Below, piece after piece: positions 28,625 to 41,555 of a DNA stretch of 64,000 bases. Each line of letters starts with the position of its first letter. The first letter of the stretch is position 1. The notes under the pieces are model-generated. The model saw only the letters and a list, made by a program, of their open reading frames with translations. It was not told the origin of the DNA and searched no databases. Made by a program: the position numbers and the translations under genes. Source of the stretch: Octopus vulgaris (taxonomy: Eukaryota); NCBI GenBank assembly GCA_951406725.2, contig OX597819.1, positions 104,842,001 through 104,906,000 of the forward strand. The letters are read 5' to 3'.

Positions 28625-29495
28625 AATGTGTGCATGCACGTGTGTTCGGAAACATGTATATTAGTGTATAAGTATATTTATATATGCATATGAGTATGAT
28701 ATCAGTGTATAATATGCGTGGTTGTATACGTATAGTGATGTGTAAGTCTATGTGTACATGCGTACATGTGTATGTGTTTGTGTCTGTGTGTTCGCATATG
28801 TACATATATATGTGTGTGCACATGGATATGTGCGTGAATCAGCTTATGTATATATGCATATATGTGTGTTGATATGTATCTGTGTGCCTGTAGAAGTATG
28901 TGTGTGTGCGCGCGCGTGTGTTGTGACTATGTATATTTATACGTGTGCGTTTAATAAACCACCAATTCCTCCCTTTCCCCCGTCCCTGACAGGAAGATAA
29001 GGAGATTATCAGTAAACTATGATACAACAGCGGTGATTCGGTCAATCATGTGTTAAGATATTTCATCTGTCAGACATAATACCGAACAATCTTCAATTTG
29101 TTCTGGCACCAGTTACCTCCCCTGTCTACACTTACCCCACCCCCCGTCACATCATCTTTTCTCTCCACTTTCTTACATGTAAAGAAGCAAGCATGGCCGA
29201 GAGGTTGAAAAGTTCGCTTCGCAGTCGCGTCTGACTATTATAATATCTAAACACTTGATCGACTGAATGATTACTGTTGTACTGTAGTTCAATTCCATTG
29301 CGTGTTATCTAAGAAAAATGTTTCTTTTTTTTTTTACCTACTGAATCTGAAGAAAATGGTTGTGTCCTTGGTTCTCACGGGCCCTCCAAGAGTAGTGACA
29401 TTGATGCCGATATAAGACAATGCTTGCAAGAAAAACATAAACATAGAGAGAATTCCAAACAACCGTTGTCCTCAGAAAGAAAGACTAGACAGAGT

Positions 29496-32400
29496 TGTTA
29501 CGTATTCTTTTGGGTTGTGTTGGGACAATAAACAACTCATTGAAGGCGTTATTATGATTCTATATGTTTATTTACTTGGCATGTTTACAAACTGTATATG
29601 TATAGTGGGGTGATACACACTGTTCTTATTCGCTTTATTCACAGTTCATACTGTTTACTAGATGCGCTTAACAAAATAGTACTAATCATAATCAAGTACC
29701 ATTTTTGGTTCTCTGTGAACAGATCTACTCCAATAGCTTGCCATGACTTTCTTGGGATGTCACTAGGTATCATTTCCTTCTTTTGTTGTGAGTTTCTGTA
29801 CCTTTGACTGATGTGGCATATAGAAGCTATCTTTACTATGTCTTTGTATATGCCTACCCAATATACAGCTGGCTTGGATCAGAGTTTGCATTTTTCTTTT
29901 CCCAGATGCCCTTGGTAGATCTTGTCAAGAATCTCTTTTTGCATTGATATGGGTATGATTATTCGGGGTCCAGCCATCAGGACTCCATTCTCTACTAATA
30001 TGTCATCATGGATGGCCCAATTTTCACGAATGAGGGGCTGCACCTGATGTCTCTTCTCTGGCCGCCCTTGAATCACCATCTGGGAAAGGAGCTGGAGTTC
30101 TTCATCTCTGTTGGCCTCCTCTTTCATTTGTTCCAGCTTTGTATTTGTCACATTTACAATGTAGTGGCCCTTTACACTGAGTCCTTCCATCTCCTGTTTA
30201 TCGTATGATGATAGTCTGGAAAGAGCATCCGCCAATATCAGGGCCTTTCCTGGCTTGTACCTGATATTGTAGTCGTACTTTTGGAGTCTCAACAGTAACC
30301 TTTGCAGTCTGGTTGGTGCTTTTGTGAGGTTTTTTTCTGTCTATTTGTTCTAGAGGGCGATGGTCTGACTCAATATTGAAATGTCTGCCATACAGATATG
30401 TATGAGACTTTTCACAGCCATAGAATACTGCCAGGAGTTCCCTTTCAATGTTTGAATATCTTGTCTCTGTAGGTGAGAGAGCTTTCGAGGCATATGCAAT
30501 AGGTTTGCCTTCTTGTATCAATGCCGCGCCAACTCTTCTCTTAGAAACTGGTTTGCGTCTGTCATAATACTTCAGAGTTGTCTCTTTGCTCACCTTCAAC
30601 CCAAATGGGAGTCAGTTGAATCTGTATCTGCCAAATGGTGTGTTGAAGGTAGTGAGCATGGATGATTCTTTGTCTATCTTTATATTCCAGTTTGCTAAAT
30701 ATCTTAGATCCAGCCAATGATAGTGTGATTTCATCGAGGGTTGGAATTGGATAGTAATCTCGTTTTAATGCCTTGTTCAAATCCCTGGGGTCGAGTCATG
30801 TTCGTAGGGTACCACTGGGTTTTTCTTTGATTACAATTGAATTCACCCAGTCAGTTGGTTGTGTCACTTTGCTGATCATTCGTCTTTTTTTTCTATTATG
30901 TTCAACTCTGCCTTCAGTTTCTCTCTTAATTCTAGTGGAACGCGGCGAGGTAGGTGAACAATTGGTTTGGCATTGGGGTCGACTGTTATATGGTATCAAC
31001 ATTTCTCAAATCACCCGACTGTATCGTCAAAACGTTCTGGATACATGCTCATCAGTTCATCTTTATTTGTGATTGGTGGTCGGTCTTTGATAGGCATATC
31101 TCTATCAATCCTGCTTGGAGCTGCCTTCACTTCACTGTTGATTGCCACAATGTTGAGCTTTTGATAGGTATTAAGTCCGAGAATTGCGAGTCCTTCTGTT
31201 CTTATGGCATAAAAAGAACACTTGATTTTTCTTCCTTTGTGTGTCCCTGTAATGGTTGTTTTGCCCAGTTGTGGAATCCTAGTACCTCCGTATGCAGTTA
31301 GGATTACATCACTGGATGTGAGGATTCCTTCTTTGACTTTATCCTATTGTGTCGTGTGTTCTGGGAACATCTTTTTGTAGAGGTTGACAGGCAAGATATC
31401 ACTCTGGGTTCCAGTATCAATCTTTAGCTTTAGATCAATGTTTATTCGTTTCTTGTTCGACTTCTTTTGGATTTGTATTGTTGTGTATGCCTCATTTTTT
31501 TTTTTCGGTTGTCATTTCTCATCTCATGTTCATTTATTGTGCCGACTGCCAAGAATTCCTCCTCTGAGGTGTTTTCTTCTTGTTGTTGGGCATGTACATC
31601 TGTTTGTCTTCTCTTTCCGCTCCTCTTCGAAAACTGGGGTTTGTATTTGTGAGATTTTGTTAGTCTACACATTTTTCCCCAGTGGTTGGACTTTCCACAT
31701 GCTTTGCAGTGTGTACCGAATGCAGGACATTTCTTCCGGTCATTGAACTCATGCTCTGTACCACAGTACTGGTATGTTCTCTGTGGGTATGTTTCATCCC
31801 ATGTCTAGATAAAATATCTTCACTGCTGTCTATTGTGTTTGTTTGTAAAGTAAGTGAGGCCAGTTGTTTGGTAGTGGCTTCAAATGCTCTTGCAGTGTCC
31901 ACTGCTTCTATCACCTGGAGAGCGTCCTTACCTATGAGGGATTTCTGGACTTCTTTATGAGCACACCCCCATATGAGTTGATCAACAATCCTTTCGTCCT
32001 TGTCTTTGAATCTGCATTTCTCGGCAACATTCTTTAGTCTGTATAGGAAGTTGTCAATCGTTTTTTGTTGGTCTTGTTTCAGACCCTGGAATTCGTACCT
32101 ATGGATTCTATGGTTTGATCTGGGCTCTAGGTATCTTTCACATCTCTCTAAAAGTGTGTCTGGATTAATGCAATCCGATTCTGACATGTCCCAACTATTG
32201 AATAGGTCTAAGCCCTTCTCTTCTGTCCATAAAAGGATGTAGCTTACCTTTTCATCGACAGTTGTACCTTTCAGGGAGCTTTTGAAAGCTAGTTGACTTT
32301 TCTATTTGAATTTCTTGAACGCTTCCACGATATCATCGGCGTCCCAGTTCATGGTCGGATGTAGATTCATCTGTATGGCGACGGGAGGACCGCCATTTTG

Positions 32401-32694
32401 GATCCTCGTGTGTGTCCGAAGACGAAGAGATATTCAGTTTGTTAAATTCAGGCTTGTTGTGTTCCTGTTTTGTTGTAATGACACGGTTTTAGTTTAAGTA
32501 TTTATCGCTGCCACCATGTTATGTTTTCTTTTGATTCGTGTTGGGACAATAAACAACTCATTGAATGCGTTATTATAATTCTACGTGTTTATTTACTTGA
32601 CATATTTACAAACTGTATATGTATAGTGGAGTGATACACACTGTTCTTATTCGCTTTATTCACAGTTCATACTGTTTAGTAGATGCGCTTGACA
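29496..32694 (-). mobile_element. Internally deleted Ty3/Gypsy LTR retrotransposon (pseudogenised gag-pol)
   Basis: Two 178-bp TG..CA LTRs (32517-32694, 29496-29673); PBS TGGTGGCAGCG (32506-32516, tRNA-Leu-like); gag ORF 31660-32187; RT (WVNSIVIKEKPSG, YPIPTLDE); RNase H (PIAYASKALSPTETRYSNIERELLAV); integrase start truncated; order RT-RH-IN. Confidence 0.92.
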
Positions 32695-35415
32695 AAATAA
32701 TATTAATAGAGGGGATGTATTCATATATACGTATCCCAACGCATACACATAGATATGAACATATAACAAGAGTGATTGATTCGGAGCCTGATGAGTTTGA
32801 TAAAATGAGGATGATGAAAAGATGAAAGACTGACAGGTTGAGAATGCCTGTGCTCGGGCTTGTCGCCAGAGCTGGATTGACCATTTAGCAAAATAAACAT
32901 GTGCTTAAGGCATCATGGGAAGAGGGCACCACAGAAATGATAAAAGAAACCACTATAAACTTGCTAAAATAATATTCGGGGTGCCTTATCTCTACAAAGT
33001 ATAGAAGTAAATGTGTTACGTATGTATCCCATCAAAGACTTCGCAATTTAAAAAAAGTAGGAGAAAACTTTTCAAATATAAAGAAAGTGGAAATACAAAA
33101 ATAAACATTATTTTCCATCTTACTGTTAGTTTTGTTTCATTTTCAAGAAATAAAAATTTATTTTATGGTTTATAATCGTTTTATATTTTGAATGACATAT
33201 ATATGGGAGCACCAAAATCTTTTACGTACTCAGGACCTCTAACGGTCTTAATGTGACCCAACGTGTCGCGCTAGTTCTTACATAAATCGTGGTGTGAAAT
33301 TATTATAGATTGGGTTGGGCTACGTGTGCTGTAAACAAGAACGAAACTCATGAACATTTTATAACATATCTTTTTAAGGAAATGCTATACACATATATAC
33401 AAGATTTTTCAGGTACTCACTGGTAGAGACTTGGGATTTAAGGATTGACCTTCACAGTGTCTAAATTCTACAGTCATTAATGGCTTACTCAAGTGGCAGG
33501 AACGAATTGGTCTTGATTGAAAATAGAGATGTGATTTTATCCGAAACACTCGAAGTTCTGCCCTTGATTTGTATGGCGAGAGGTGGGAAAATTGAGTATA
33601 TGCTGCTTACATAGAGAAGTGCATTAGAGACAAGTAATTCTTCATAACCGGTACCAAGAATCATGTGTTGCTCTTTGATGAGTCTCTCAATCTCAGCAAT
33701 TGTTCTGGTTTGTTTGGCAATAATTAAGGTGCATATTCTTTGATTGCCCTCAAACTCTGCATTTGATCTTTGAGTGGTTTTCTTATCACTAGAGATAAGC
33801 GTGCGAATCCCAAGAACATTCACTTTTGTTCCAACTTTGTGGCGTAATCTCTTTCAAGTTGATTGGCCAATAAACAGAATTTACACGAGAAACAAGCGTG
33901 GTTCACTCGTACGGCTAGCCTGATAACTTAGAGAATAGGGTTCGTATTCTTGCTACATTCAATTGTAGAAGTGATTGAAAAAGCAGAAAGAGGAGACAAT
34001 ACGCCTATGAGAGTGACTTAATGTTAACCTGACAAATGCCCCTTGCGGTGCGGGGATATTATCTAGGTTGTCTGTGCAACAGTGGTACTGTCCTAGATTT
34101 GAGTAAAATACTCCATCCTGGACTTTATCTGAGCTTTGAAAAGTTCATATCTAATAACTTACTTACTTAAACCCTTTGATTCTTAAGGTGTGTAAACCAA
34201 TGACGAATTTTCTTCACTTTTTTTTTCGATTCTGGACTTTGTCATTGATGCTTCTATAACTTTGCTATTTTTTCTAGTTGGGTTGCTGGCCCTTACAAAT
34301 CCATTTTGCTTCTGGTGGGAGCCTGGCTTCTATTTCTTGACCTGTCCAGCATGAGAGGTCCTACCAGAAGTTTGCGTTCCGGTAAAATAACTCTCATGGT
34401 CCCTGACGCACTTAAGCCACCACACTACCACAAAACCTGGACCACCTTGCGGTAGCCCAGGAGCTGTTGGAACTGAAGTATCTCCTGAACCCTGAAGAGT
34501 AAAACTGAGTAGATGAACATTATATCGATGGGGTGGCCCCACTTTCTTGATGGGGTGGCCCCACTTAAAGTTGAAAGGGCTGACTTTGGTCATACACGAT
34601 GTCTTGATAATTCTACCAGAGAACTTCGTCAAGAATACGAGATTAGTTAAACATTCGGTTACTTACACGATAATTCAAACATTATCAGCTAGTGTTACGG
34701 CCCCCAGTTTTCCACATAATGTTCACATGTGTGCCACGAATTCTTTAGGTTATTTCGAAAATGCCAGAATTTTGAGAAAAGCCGAGAGTGTTTTGTTTTG
34801 TTTTTTGTTTTTATCTATATACCTTCAGCGATATATATGTATTCATTTGTAATAACGTGCAACGCAGACCCATCTTAATATTGAAACCATTTTAAAACAT
34901 CTTGGTGTGACGAGTAATGGCAACGGTCTTCTATTGAAATAATGAAACTGTGTTCAAGTTGGGTTTCTTTCCTCAAATTGATTGTATTATCCATTGGCTG
35001 CAGAAATGTCACTGACATTTTATATTTTCTTATTCTTTTACTCTGACGTCGCGGTATTTGAACCCATAATGTACAGTTGTAACATATCTAAAACGCATGC
35101 TCTATCCCCACCCTAGATTGATACCTATTTTTAACTTTTGTTTAATCGTCCCCTAAAGTATGAAAATCAAAGCTGACGTCGACTCAGGGCGAAGAAAGTC
35201 GGAATAAATACTTCGAGGCATTCTGTCCAGTATTCTCACAGCTCTGCCAGCCTGCTGTCTTTAACGGATTATCAGATGAAAGCGTTGTTTTTTTTGTTTT
35301 TTGGGGGTTTTTTTTTTCATAAATATTTAGATAGATATATAGATAGACAGACAGACAGACAGACGGACAGACAGACGGACGACGGACAGACGGACGGACA
35401 GACAGACAGACAGAC

Positions 35416-35486
<71 letters not shown>

Positions 35487-35550
35487 CAGACGGACGACAG
35501 GCGGACGGACAGACAGACAGACAGACAAGCAGACTGACAGATAGATAGAG

Positions 35551-35624
<74 letters not shown>

Positions 35625-35661
35625 GTATGTATATAAACACATGTATGTAAGTGTATGTGTG

Positions 35662-35719
<58 letters not shown>

Positions 35720-37199
35720 AACGCAACATGTACTTGCCGGTGGACTGCGATTTACGTGTTTGAGATTACTGTCTCAAAGCTCCAAGTGTTAAAACACCTG
35801 AAAGTCATGGACAGGCGAGACAACTCACCCCAAATCCCATTCGGGAGTAACGGACATTGACGTTTTGCAACTTTTACAGCATATCAACATCACGTACTCG
35901 AACTGAATCAGAATCCTTCCTAATGTTATTTAAATTCACACAGAAAACATTTTTATCGTAGTATTTTATGGGAAGTGGGATTACGCCCTTTTTTTCCCGT
36001 AGCTCTATTCCCTACAACTTTCATCATTTTTGAAATTTGAATACATTTTACCCTTTTTCAGACAATGGAGCGACAAGTAGACAAAAAAAATGAACATATT
36101 TATCTGATATCCCAATATATGCTATGTATCAAATCTTTTTAAAAGCTGGTGCTATTTAGTAAACATATCGCCTTAATTCAGTGAGTCAGGGGCCAGAAAC
36201 GGCTGAAAATAGCTGCTGATGTTGTTTAGCCACAGGCAATAATTTAGCATATCTATGTGAAAAGACGTCCCATTACATGACCCTTGCATCATTTTTTTTT
36301 CCTCTTTCTAAACCACAATTTAACCCAAAATACAATATTCCCCGTGACCTTCCTTTTTCTTCCATGAAAACAAAGTGTGATTGAAGGAGATTTAGCTACC
36401 ATTTCCAACAGATCGATTGATCACTTAGAGACCCCACCACCGTCATTGGTCCTTCTTGTGTAGTGAAATGCTGTTGTTGATTTCCTTATCGTCGCCGTTG
36501 TTCTTTATCCCCCAGATCAGCGGCGGGAGGGAGACTTAGTAAATCCATGATCAAAAACGCTCCAGCTACGACTGACCCATCATTTTGTACATCTACATCT
36601 AGAATCAAATAGGTCCTTCTATTTCTAAAATGGCAAGGAGATTTGGCTGTTATTTCTTACAGGTCGAACGACCACATAGAGGTTTCCTCATTGGTTGTTT
36701 AGTGTTGTGTGGTTTGTATGATGTGCTATGATATTGTATAATGCACAGTGGTGTTTCATCTTTTGTTTCAGTTTTTTAGACTACGGCCATACTGGAGCAC
36801 CGCACTTGATGCAGAAAGCAGTGCTTATTTGACTAAATTGTTAATCCAACGCTGGATGTGTTGCGTTGTATAGTGTTGCGCGTTGCGTTGGTGTGGTGCT
36901 GCGTAGTATTGTGTGGTGTATTGTATGAAGTTGTGGAACGTAATTTAATGAAGTGTAGCGTGATGTGATGCGAGGAGACGTTGTGAGGTGTTTTGAGGCG
37001 TTGTGCGGAGTGCGGGATGCTGCGATGTGATGTGATGCGTTGTTGTGCGGTTTTGTGTGGTGAATCATTTGGACATTTAGTATTGTATAGAATCAATAAA
37101 ATAAATACCAGTAGTCAGATCATTCCGTAAAACAAGATATTTTTTCCCATAAAATTATAATTATTATTAATCATTATATTATAGATTTTTCAGATTTAC

Positions 37200-37780
37200 T
37201 CATTTTCATATTACGTCATATTTACATTGTCCATCATATTATATATGTATGGAGTCAAATTTGGATATTGCGTAACAGTTATGTATGACGTCATGTTTAT
37301 GTATGTGTTGATAATTTAATATTTCACCATATTTAGAAAGCCTGTCATATTTGCAGATGACGTCATAAATTTGAACATGACGTCATATACACATCGCCTG
37401 TCACATTCACGTATGATGTCATATTCTGATATTACGTCATATTTACAGAACCCGTCATATTTACGTATGACGTCAAATTTAAATATTACATCATATTTAC
37501 ATAGTCCATCACATTCTCGTGTGACATCATGTTCTGATATTAAGTAATGCATAGTCCGTCATATTTCCGTATGACGTCATGCTTGAATATTACGTCATAC
37601 ATAGCCTGTCGTATTTATGTACAACGTCAGATTTGAATGTTCCATCATATTTACATATTCCGCTATATTTATGTCAGATGACATATTTGAATATTACGTC
37701 ATCATTACGGACTGCGTCATATTTACAGATGAAATCATAATTACGTATAACGTTATATTTGAACAATGCGTCATTTCTCA
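37200..37780. repeat. Degenerate ~18-bp minisatellite rich in TGACGTCA
   Basis: Recurring atgacgtcatatttac-like units; translates as a YDVI repeat on the minus strand. Confidence 0.75.
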
Positions 37781-38378
37781 ATTGTATTTTGCATCTTATT
37801 TGCTTCAACACAGCAAAATACTCTTATTTCTGACTGTGAAAGTAGAATTCAAATCTATAAAGAAGTACTGTGTATAGCTAGATGTTATTATTAGTGTCCG
37901 CTTAGTTGAAAAGTCGTTGCCGTAATCGTCGGTGGTGTTGCTGCTACTACTACTGTTGTTGTTGTTGTTCAGTTGATTCAGTGCAGGCCTGGTTAAGTAA
38001 ACCGACTGAGAGTCAACTGCAGTAGTCGGCCAAACGACCAGATACAACCCATAGATCTATTGTTTCATAGGAGTGGCTGTGTGACAAATAGCTTGCTTAC
38101 CAATCACATGGTTCCGGGTTCAGTCCCACTGCGTGGCACCTTGGGCAAGTGTCTTCTACTATAGAACCGAGCCGACCAAAGCATTGTGAGGAAATTTGGT
38201 AGACGGAAACTGAAAGAAGCCCGTCGTATATATATGTATATGGTGTGTTTAAGAGACCGATAGAATAAGTACTAGGCTTACAAAGAATAAGTCCTGGTGA
38301 CGATTTGCTCGACTAAAGGCGGTGCTGCAGCATGGCCGCAGTCAAATGAATGAAACAAGTAATAGAGAGAGTAAAAGA

Positions 38379-38425
<47 letters not shown>

Positions 38426-38483
38426 TGTATTCATATATATATACGTATATATATTTATAAATACATACATATATACATATATA

Positions 38484-40109
38484 CAGTTGCGGCCAAAATG
38501 TTCAGAACGGCATTGTTTTCGTCAGAAAAGTAGGTATAAGTTTTTATCAAAGTTTTTTTTTATATTCTATAATTTTCACAGACAATAAATACGATATTAT
38601 TTGTTATTGTCTCAGATTTTGGTGTAATTTGAGAGGATAATACAAAAGTTATGGATGATTTACTGATTTACTGCAAAACCCATTGCGGCCAAAATGATCA
38701 GAACGGTTGCTTTTACTCCATGTTTTAGTATATTTTACCAGCGAACTCTAATGTTTTGAATTTGTTTACGTGGCGGTTCATTTACTAAACACGCCTAAGA
38801 ATATCTGCAGTGTACTTTGTTAATATAATGCCACTTACTCCGTTACCAATTCGTCAGCAGATTATTAAGCTTCGAAAGAAGTATAATTTAAGTATTAGGT
38901 CTATTGCAAAGATTGTTAACAAGTCAAAAAGTGTTGTTCACGGTATTTTTAAGGTCTACGATGATTGTGGTTCGTGTGAAGCAAGAAAGTCTACAGGCTG
39001 GCCAAGAAAAACGACCAAGAGAGAAGATCGTGCTATGGTAAAGTTGGTTAAAAAGGACAGATTTAAAACTGCTGCTGCTGTTTCTCGGGAAATGAGCATT
39101 GTACTGAAGAAAACTTTATCTCGAAAAACTTTGTCTCGTCCTTTAGTTGAACATAACCTACAAGCAAGAGCACCTGCAGTGAAGCCACTGATCAGCTCCA
39201 AGAATAAAAAATGTCGTCTTACCTTTACAACCGAACATGTGTTGTGGTCTCAAGAAAAATGACAAATGGTGCATTTCAGTGATGAATCTAAGTCTATGTT
39301 ATTTGGCTCAGATGGGAAAAGGTACGTTCGTCGAAAAGCAGGTGAAAAATTGTCACCTAAATGCCTTAAGACTAGTGTTAAATTCGGTGGAGGAAGTGTC
39401 ATGGTTTGGGAGATGATATCTGGAGATGTTGTGGGCCCTTTGCTGCGATTACATGGAAAGGTAAATGCAGGAGTTTATAAACAACTTGTAAAAGATCATG
39501 TCTTGCCTGTGCTGAGAAATTCAACTAAGCGACCACCTATATTCATGTAGGACAATGCCCCGTGTCACAAGGCTAAGGTGGCCATGAACTTCCTCAAGGC
39601 TGAAAAGGTTACTGTTATGGATTGGCCTGCTCAAAGCCCAGACCTCAATCCTATTGAAAATGTGTGGAATATTCTAGGAGAACGTTTGAAAGCCAGAAAT
39701 CCTAAAACAACCGAGCAATTATGGAATGCCCTTCAGAAAGAATGGAATAAGATCACCCAGCAAGAAATTGAAAATTTAATTTCCCCATGCAGTCGAAAAT
39801 GTCAAACTTTGATTGAAGCTAAAGGGCTTCACACTAAATATGAAATAATTCCAGCATTCTCTGTCACTTTTTGATTATTTTGTTATTTTTTCAACCGTTC
39901 TGATCATTTTGGCCTCCATGGGTTTTGCAGTAAACCACTATATCATCCATAACTTTTGTATTATCCACTCAAATTACACCAAAATCTCAGACAATACCAA
40001 TTAATATCGTATTTATTGTCTGTGAAAATTATAGAATAAAAAACAACTTTTAAAAAACTTATACCTACTTTTCTGACAAAAACAATGCCGTTCTGAACAT
40101 TTTGGCCGC

Positions 40110-40114
<5 letters not shown>
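38484..40114 (+). mobile_element. Tc1-family DD34E DNA transposon, IR/DR type, full length
   Basis: ~225-bp TIRs (cagttgcggccaaaatgttcagaacgg) each with an inner direct repeat (~38683, ~39892); TA flanks. Confidence 0.96.
38828..39844 (+). pseudogene. Tc1 transposase with two in-frame stops
   Basis: One frame: HTH region, G.PRKT, FSDES, (Q)DNAPCH, WPAQSPDLNPIEN (D-34-E counted), HTKY; stops at 39260-39262 and 39548-39550. Confidence 0.93.
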
Positions 40115-40189
<75 letters not shown>

Positions 40190-40191
<2 letters not shown>

Positions 40192-40731
40192 ACAATTGAG
40201 GGTAAAATTAATTAATCAATTTCACCAAGTGTTCAGTATGTAAAAGGACCATTTAAGGCGAATTCAAAATATTACATTATATAATTAGGGCTTAGTAAAA
40301 TAAAGTACTTTGCCACATACTGAACTTAGTAGAAATAGCAGCCAAAAAAATTTTTTTTATCCATTTCTACTACTTAAAGAAAATTTCTCTCAGATAATGT
40401 TTACTCCAGACAGCTCACGAAGGTTTGGAGGTAAATACAGAAAAATATCACAAGTACATAGATCCAAATTAAGAAATTTTGAGCTGACGAAAGAAATGCT
40501 GATTTTATTTGGCTAATCTTGAAACGTTGACGTACTCAAACGATCTATGTACTTGTGATATTTTTCTGTATTTACCTCCAAACCTTCGTGAGCTGTCTGG
40601 AGTAAACATTATCTGAGAGAAATTTTCTTTAAGTAGTAGAAATGGCTAAAAAAATTTTTTGGGGCTGCTATTTCTACTAAGTTCAGTATGTGGCAAAGTA
40701 ATTTATTTTACTAAGCCCTAATTATATAATG

Positions 40732-40732
<1 letters not shown>
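40190..40732 (+). mobile_element. Fold-back element A (191-bp arms) with hammerhead in loop
   Basis: Arms 40274-40464 / 40542-40732 near-identical; (TA)n on both sides. Confidence 0.85.
40478..40540 (+). ncRNA. Predicted type I hammerhead ribozyme (canonical C3:G8 core)
   Basis: UUUGAG-CUGACGA-AAGA...UCUU-GAAA-CGU ug ACG-UA|CUCAAA: all core bases and three stems present. Confidence 0.85.
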
Positions 40733-40771
<39 letters not shown>

Positions 40772-40773
<2 letters not shown>

Positions 40774-41048
40774 CAATTGCAGCGTGGAAGGTGTTTGTAA
40801 GCCATTTAAGAAACACACAAAAGCCGTTCGATTCACTACAACATTTAAGTTTGATTTGTCAAAATATTTTCGTTGCTATAAGACCGCGACCTGTTCGCTG
40901 ACAAAAATCCGTGCTTTTGTCAGTGAACAGGTCGCGGTCTTATAGCGACGAAAATATTTTGACAAATTAAACTTAAATGTTGAAGTGAATCGAACGGCTT
41001 TGAGTGTTTCTTAAATGGCTTACAAACACCTCCCACGCTGCAATTGTT
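40772..41048. mobile_element. Fold-back element B (135-bp arms, 8-nt loop) with G3:C8 hammerhead-like motif in the arms
   Basis: Arms 40772-40906 / 40915-41048; motif UUUGUCA-GUGAACA-g-GUCGC..GCGAC-GAAA-AUAU-UU|UGACAAA at 40916-40966. Confidence 0.8.
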
Positions 41049-41100
41049 TTCGTTCCAGCACACGATCTCAGATCAAATCACTTGCTATGCAAGTACATCT

Positions 41101-41189
<89 letters not shown>

Positions 41190-41193
<4 letters not shown>

Positions 41194-41525
41194 AGGCGCA
41201 TGACTCAGTGGTTAGAGCGTCAAACTTACGACCGTGAGGTTGGGAGTTCGAATCTCGAACCGAGCTGCATGTTGTGTTCTTGAGCAAGACACTTTACTTC
41301 ACGTTGCTCCGGTTGACTCAGTTGTAGAAATGATTTGCGACGATACTGGTGCCAAGCTATATCGGCCTTTGCCTTTCCCTTGGATGACATCGGTCCCGTG
41401 GAGAGGGGAGGTTGGTATGCATGGGCGACTACTGGTCTTCCATAAACAACCTTGCCCGGACTTGTGCCTCCGAGGGTAACGTTCTATGTGCAATCCCATG
41501 GTTATTCGTGACTGAAGTGGTTTCC
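41190..41525 (+). mobile_element. tRNA-derived SINE (different family) between TA arrays
   Basis: Head tgactcagtggttagagcg...ggagttcgaatct (box A/B). Confidence 0.75.
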
Positions 41526-41555
41526 GATATATATATATATATATATAACATATAT

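Noticed and set aside
33485-33823. 112-aa non-repetitive ORF
   Set aside because: No recognisable motif or clear splice signals; possibly a TE relic.
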